Origin: a virus
Lineage: Duplodnaviria; Caudoviricetes
Reading direction: 5' to 3' (one strand)
IMG/VR virus record: IMGVR_UViG_3300032233_003207
Span: 16,683 to 80,682 of that record
DNA: 64,000 nucleotides
The notes under the pieces are model-generated. The model saw only the letters and a list, made by a program, of their open reading frames with translations. It did not search any database and had not been told where the DNA came from. Within the stretch, counting starts at the first letter, position 1; the number at the start of each line of letters is the position of its first letter. The position numbers and the translations under genes were made by a program. Positions 60,425 through 64,000 of the stretch are shown here, in pieces.

Positions 60425-61297
60425 ATGAGTAAAATTTTATTAAATTATCTCTCTAAAGAAATATTAGAATATGAATATAAAAACTGCGGTAGTATGCAAA
60501 AAGTAGCAGATAAATTAAAATTGTCTGTAGATACTATTTATAAATATATGAAACTTTATAATATTGAATATAATATTAATTATAAAGGATTATATAGTTG
60601 TAATGAAAGCTTTTTTAATTCAGGATCTCCAGAAAGTTTTTATTTAGCAGGTTTTATTGCTGCAGATGGCTCAGTACAATATAGAAAATATTCAAAAATA
60701 TTAAAAATAACTTTAGCTTTAAAAGATGAAAATCATTTAATAAAAATAAAAAATATTTTAAATAGCAGTCATCCTATAAAAAAATATTTAGTTAAACCAT
60801 CTAAATTAATTCAATCTGAGCATGAATGCGTAGAGCTACAAATAGCTAATAAAACCATAGTTGATAGTTTATTAAAATTTAATATTGTACCTAATAAAAC
60901 AAAAAAATATAATATTGCAGACTGGATTGTTGATCATCAATTTGTTAATCATTTTATTAGAGGATATTTTGATGGTGATGGCACAATAACATATTGCGGG
61001 CTGCCTAAAAATAGAAAAATAAAGCAATTAAATTTTAGTATTATAGGTACAGAAAAATTTATAAAACAATATAATGATATTTTATCAAAAAATTGCAAAA
61101 TAAATCCTGCAAAAGTTATAAACCACTATTCTATATATAAGATAAGTTTTAGTGGAAATAATGTAGTTAAAAAAATATATAATTTTCTATACCAAGATGC
61201 AAGTCTATATTTAGATAGAAAGAAAAATATATTTGATAATAATTATATTGCAACTGAAGCGCTAAAATTAGCAAATGGCGCAGAAACAATTATATGA
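60425..61297 (+). CDS. LAGLIDADG homing endonuclease with N-terminal HTH
   Basis: YLAGFIAADG and HFIRGYFDGDG motifs; C-terminal FLYQDASLYLDRKK. Confidence 0.87.
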   Translation: MSKILLNYLSKEILEYEYKNCGSMQKVADKLKLSVDTIYKYMKLYNIEYNINYKGLYSCNESFFNSGSPESFYLAGFIAADGSVQYRKYSKILKITLALKDENHLIKIKNILNSSHPIKKYLVKPSKLIQSEHECVELQIANKTIVDSLLKFNIVPNKTKKYNIADWIVDHQFVNHFIRGYFDGDGTITYCGLPKNRKIKQLNFSIIGTEKFIKQYNDILSKNCKINPAKVINHYSIYKISFSGNNVVKKIYNFLYQDASLYLDRKKNIFDNNYIATEALKLANGAETII

Positions 61298-61584
61298 TAT
61301 ATTTCTGAATTTGTTTGCAAATTATCTGGATTAATATAAGAAACATCTACCAAATAATTTCCTACCGCAGTAGCGCCAGAGGGCAGTGTAAATTGAAAAT
61401 AATATAAACCAGTATCTATTAAAACCATATTTTGAGGATAGTCTGCAGCAAGAGTTAATCCTGGAAAAATAATTTTATTAACCACTGGTAAACTGGGAGA
61501 ATTAGTACGAGTACCATATCCATCTTTTGTTTCTAGAAAAACTCTAACTAATTGACCTGGAAAAAATTGTAATATTTGAGACAT
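61243..61584 (-). CDS. Small Ig-like virion protein, paralogous to N-terminus of 59483..60382
   Basis: LETKDGYG...IDTGLYYFQFTLP...GNYLVDV aligns by eye with VQFKDGNG...VDTGKYSYIFTIP...GVFNDVW. Confidence 0.55.
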   Translation of the reverse strand: MSQILQFFPGQLVRVFLETKDGYGTRTNSPSLPVVNKIIFPGLTLAADYPQNMVLIDTGLYYFQFTLPSGATAVGNYLVDVSYINPDNLQTNSEIYHIIVSAPFANFSASVAI

Positions 61585-61646
61585 AAATCACCTTGTAATT
61601 ATTATACGTTAATATTCATGGCAATTAATTAACATAATATATAGTT

Positions 61647-62012
61647 ATGAAAAAAAATACTTTTTGGTTAACTAATTTATGTAATCGTAATGTTAGTTTA
61701 TACGATTTAAATTTAACTATAAAAGCATTTTCATCTATAAATTTAATGGATAAGCGACATTATAATTATAGTTTAGAAGAGCTGGAAAAGTCTGCAGCAT
61801 CAGGATCAATTTTTAAAAAAAGAAAGATGCTATCTGTTCGTAAAGTTGAACCTACAGTAATAAAGATGAATATTCCAATGGTAGAAGAGGTTTATATTCC
61901 ATCTAGAGAAAGATCTGTATTTGAAATTAAAGAAGAAAACTATGAAGAGTTACTAGTTTCAGATGAAGATTTTGCAAATCAAAATGCTGAAATGATAGAT
62001 GATAAATTATAA
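61647..62012 (+). CDS. Hypothetical protein
   Basis: 121-aa ORF, first of a three-gene plus-strand cluster. Confidence 0.55.
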   Translation: MKKNTFWLTNLCNRNVSLYDLNLTIKAFSSINLMDKRHYNYSLEELEKSAASGSIFKKRKMLSVRKVEPTVIKMNIPMVEEVYIPSRERSVFEIKEENYEELLVSDEDFANQNAEMIDDKL

Positions 62013-62025
62013 AAGGTAAATAATT

Positions 62026-62214
62026 ATGTCAACACATAAAGTAAAAAAATTTTCTGGCACTGTAATTTCAACTGAAATAGTAAATTCTATAATAGAATCT
62101 TCTGACCCTGAAAATATAGATTCTAATTTAATAAATAATTATCAAGAATTAAGCGAAAAATGTGATAAAGTTATTACAAAGATTAAAAATAGAAAATTAA
62201 AAGTTATTAAATAA
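62026..62214 (+). CDS. Hypothetical protein
   Basis: 62-aa ORF with AAAGGT RBS. Confidence 0.5.
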   Translation: MSTHKVKKFSGTVISTEIVNSIIESSDPENIDSNLINNYQELSEKCDKVITKIKNRKLKVIK

Positions 62215-62223
62215 GGTTTATTT

Positions 62224-62520
62224 ATGGAAAAGGGTTTAAATAAAAGAGACCTAGAAATAATTCTAGAGGTCAATAGAAAGGCTATTGAAATAGAAACAGA
62301 AGTAGCTGACCAAAATGAAGAAATAATTTCTTTATTAAATAGAAATAAAGAAAAACATGATAAAACAGAAGAACATTTAAAAAAAATTGATGAAAAACTA
62401 GACAAAGCTGTAAAATCATCAGAAGAAATGAATAAAGATTTATTTAAAATTCAAGTATTATTTGCTACTGGATTGCTAAGTTTAGTTTTTCAGATTATTC
62501 AAATGTTTATGAAAAAATAA
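62224..62520 (+). CDS. Coiled-coil protein with C-terminal TM helix (XhlA/holin-like architecture)
   Basis: Charged heptads then LFATGLLSLVFQIIQMF; AAGGT RBS. Confidence 0.5.
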   Translation: MEKGLNKRDLEIILEVNRKAIEIETEVADQNEEIISLLNRNKEKHDKTEEHLKKIDEKLDKAVKSSEEMNKDLFKIQVLFATGLLSLVFQIIQMFMKK

Positions 62521-62754
62521 TTAATTTTTAACAAAAGCTACTTCTGTAGCTTTTGGATCGCCATGTTTATTTACGCCAAGACCAAAAGACACTTTTTGAC
62601 CTTTGTGTAAAGTTTTAAATCCTTCACAGACAATATCTGAAAAGTGTACGAATAAATCTTTTTGCTTAGTTCCATCTTTTTCCCAACCAATGAAACCATA
62701 TCCTCTTTTAGGATCAAACCATAAAACTTCGCCTGTAAATTTAGTATCGCTCAT
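62521..62754 (-). CDS. csp: Cold-shock domain protein (CspA family)
   Basis: GEVLWFDPKRGYGFI (RNP1), DLFVHFSDI (RNP2) and GFKTLHKGQKVSF. Confidence 0.93.
   Translation of the reverse strand: MSDTKFTGEVLWFDPKRGYGFIGWEKDGTKQKDLFVHFSDIVCEGFKTLHKGQKVSFGLGVNKHGDPKATEVAFVKN
62533..62554 (+). terminator. Putative terminator at convergent junction
   Basis: Perfect 9-bp stem AAAAGCTAC/GTAGCTTTT with a TTCT loop, 13 nt after the plus-strand stop; lies inside the 3' end of the csp gene. Confidence 0.45.
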
Positions 62755-62791
62755 ATTTATATTCCTTATAATTAGCAGTATTTAGAAATAA

Positions 62792-63121
62792 TTAATCATC
62801 TTTTACTATAAGTTGTCCATTTACATATAATTCTCCACCGCCACCTAATAAGCGATATACTTCTAAAACGCCTAATTTACTAATATCTTGTCTTTCTTTT
62901 TCATTTGTACAGTTTTTAATTAGCTTATCATATTTTGCAAATATTAAAAACATTTCTTTTTCACATCCTAATTGTCTAGCTGCGGACAAGAAATTTTTTC
63001 TTGTTTCTTTTTCATTGACAACTTTTTGACTTAACTCTTTAGGATCAGTTATAGTGGTTTTACTAATATTTAAATTTTTTATTGTTGAAACATCTCTTAA
63101 ATCTATATTATCTTTACTCAT
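62792..63121 (-). CDS. Hypothetical protein
   Basis: 109-aa ORF with AGGAAG RBS. Confidence 0.55.
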   Translation of the reverse strand: MSKDNIDLRDVSTIKNLNISKTTITDPKELSQKVVNEKETRKNFLSAARQLGCEKEMFLIFAKYDKLIKNCTNEKERQDISKLGVLEVYRLLGGGGELYVNGQLIVKDD

Positions 63122-63129
63122 TATCTTCC

Positions 63130-63444
63130 TTATAAAATTTTAAAAGCTTTGTTTTTAAATTCTACATATGGACTATTGATATCATCAATATTTTTTTTAC
63201 CATTTACTTCATAAACTAATGTTCTTTTATTAGGTAATTTTGTAGAAGGGAATATGCCAATAATTTTAATATGTTTACTGTGAACTTTATGATGGCAATT
63301 AGGACATAATATTGCTAAATTGAATACATTATTATTGGTATTTTCTTCTGTTCTTTCAATAATATGATGTGCGTGTAAGTTTTCTGTTTCATTACAGAAT
63401 TCTATTTCGCACTTATCCAATATAAGACTTTTATATTTCTTCAT
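63130..63444 (-). CDS. Small HNH endonuclease
   Basis: CEIEFC...LHAHHII...NLAILCPNCHHKVH. Confidence 0.85.
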   Translation of the reverse strand: MKKYKSLILDKCEIEFCNETENLHAHHIIERTEENTNNNVFNLAILCPNCHHKVHSKHIKIIGIFPSTKLPNKRTLVYEVNGKKNIDDINSPYVEFKNKAFKIL

Positions 63445-63482
63445 ATGTTATTATTATAACAAAAGAAAGTATTAATTTATAA

Positions 63483-63833
63483 TTACCAAGCTTCTATTCT
63501 AATAGTTACTGGACCAGTAGATCCTGGTTGTAATCTAAACCAAATTAAACTTAATTGCCTATTATCAAATATAAGTGCAGCAGATGGAGTTTGTGGCGTT
63601 AAATCTCCATGAATATCTGTACCATTAAAAGAATATTCTACAGTATTTGTAGCGTCTAGTCCAAGACTAACAAAAGATACAGATTGAGTAGAAAAAGGAA
63701 TTATAATATCTGGACCATATCCATCTTGCAATGTGTATCCATCAGGAGCACCAAATTGTTCCCAATCTACTTCTAATAATTTATAAAAATTAAAACTTTT
63801 TCCTGTTTTCTTTTTTATGCCTGGATAAGCCAT
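63483..63833 (-). CDS. Hypothetical beta-rich protein, possibly structural
   Basis: 116-aa ORF with alternating beta pattern ending VTIRIEAW. Confidence 0.5.
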   Translation of the reverse strand: MAYPGIKKKTGKSFNFYKLLEVDWEQFGAPDGYTLQDGYGPDIIIPFSTQSVSFVSLGLDATNTVEYSFNGTDIHGDLTPQTPSAALIFDNRQLSLIWFRLQPGSTGPVTIRIEAW

Positions 63834-63930
63834 AATAAACCTTTTAGTAAAACATTAAGTGTTTGATCTCTAATTAGACACTATTATATTAAATTATTAT
63901 ATAAATTAGCTAATAATATTATATTTTATT

Positions 63931-64000
63931 ATGTCATTTCTTAGCCCAATACCAATAGGATTAGTCGGAGGTGATTTATCTGGTAATTTACCTAATCCAA
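63931..64000 (+). CDS. 5' end of a probable fibre-type protein (partial)
   Basis: ATG at 63931 reads MSFLSPIPIGLVGGDLSGNLPNP; GGDLSG..PNP is a recurrent fibre-shaft motif. Confidence 0.45.
   Translation, partial: MSFLSPIPIGLVGGDLSGNLPNP

Larger units (their letters stand above)
1..64000 (-). mobile_element. Virion morphogenesis region of a large contractile-tailed bacteriophage (likely jumbo phage)
   Basis: Canonical myovirus order (neck, tail terminator, sheath, tube, G/GT chaperones, tape measure, hub, spike, gp25-like, gpJ-like), Shine-Dalgarno-like AGGA/GGAG upstream of many starts, free-standing homing endonucleases, very large structural ORFs and a tubulin-like gene. No capsid, portal or terminase gene is recognisable in the window. 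Confidence 0.88.

Noticed and set aside
1-64000. Eukaryotic giant virus origin (collagen, glycosyltransferases, tubulin, AT-rich)
   Set aside because: Contractile tail module, Shine-Dalgarno motifs, coupled start/stop overlaps, Rho-independent terminator, lipobox and CspA all indicate a bacteriophage.
1-64000. Stop-codon reassignment
   Set aside because: ORFs up to 7.1 kb are intact under code 11 with dense gene packing; TAA and TGA are both used as terminators and no fragmentation at TAG is evident.

Overview
The window is an AT-rich (roughly 25-30% GC by eye) virion-morphogenesis region of a large, probably jumbo, contractile-tailed (myovirus-type) bacteriophage, encoded almost entirely on the minus strand in the standard code. 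In transcription order (high to low coordinate) it carries: small accessory genes (HNH, cold-shock protein), a neck/adaptor, a collagen-like fibre, a cysteine-rich lipoprotein, a zincin-like protease, a head-closure-like protein, fibre proteins, a holin-like protein, a 2014-aa beta-helix protein, tail terminator, sheath, tube, tail chaperones G/GT joined by a -1 frameshift, tape measure, tube initiator, hub, spike, gp25-like and gpJ-like wedge proteins, and two very large wedge/fibre proteins. These are followed by a sugar-modification cassette (GT4, two GT2, RmlB-like) and a tubulin/FtsZ-family GTPase that runs off the left edge. Three LAGLIDADG endonucleases sit antisense inside this operon. 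The standout is the 933-aa lipoprotein at 52972..55773. A ~1.3-kb segment of about 57% GC is inserted in frame into this AT-rich gene and encodes 36 cysteines whose spacings are mirror-symmetric about a central CDWWGC turn (16 consecutive intervals match exactly), with an Arg/aromatic arm and a Glu/aromatic arm. This predicts a disulfide-laddered beta-hairpin of ~178 residues per arm (~60 nm), nested inside duplicated cysteine-rich modules. All family assignments come from motif recognition by eye; no database search was run.
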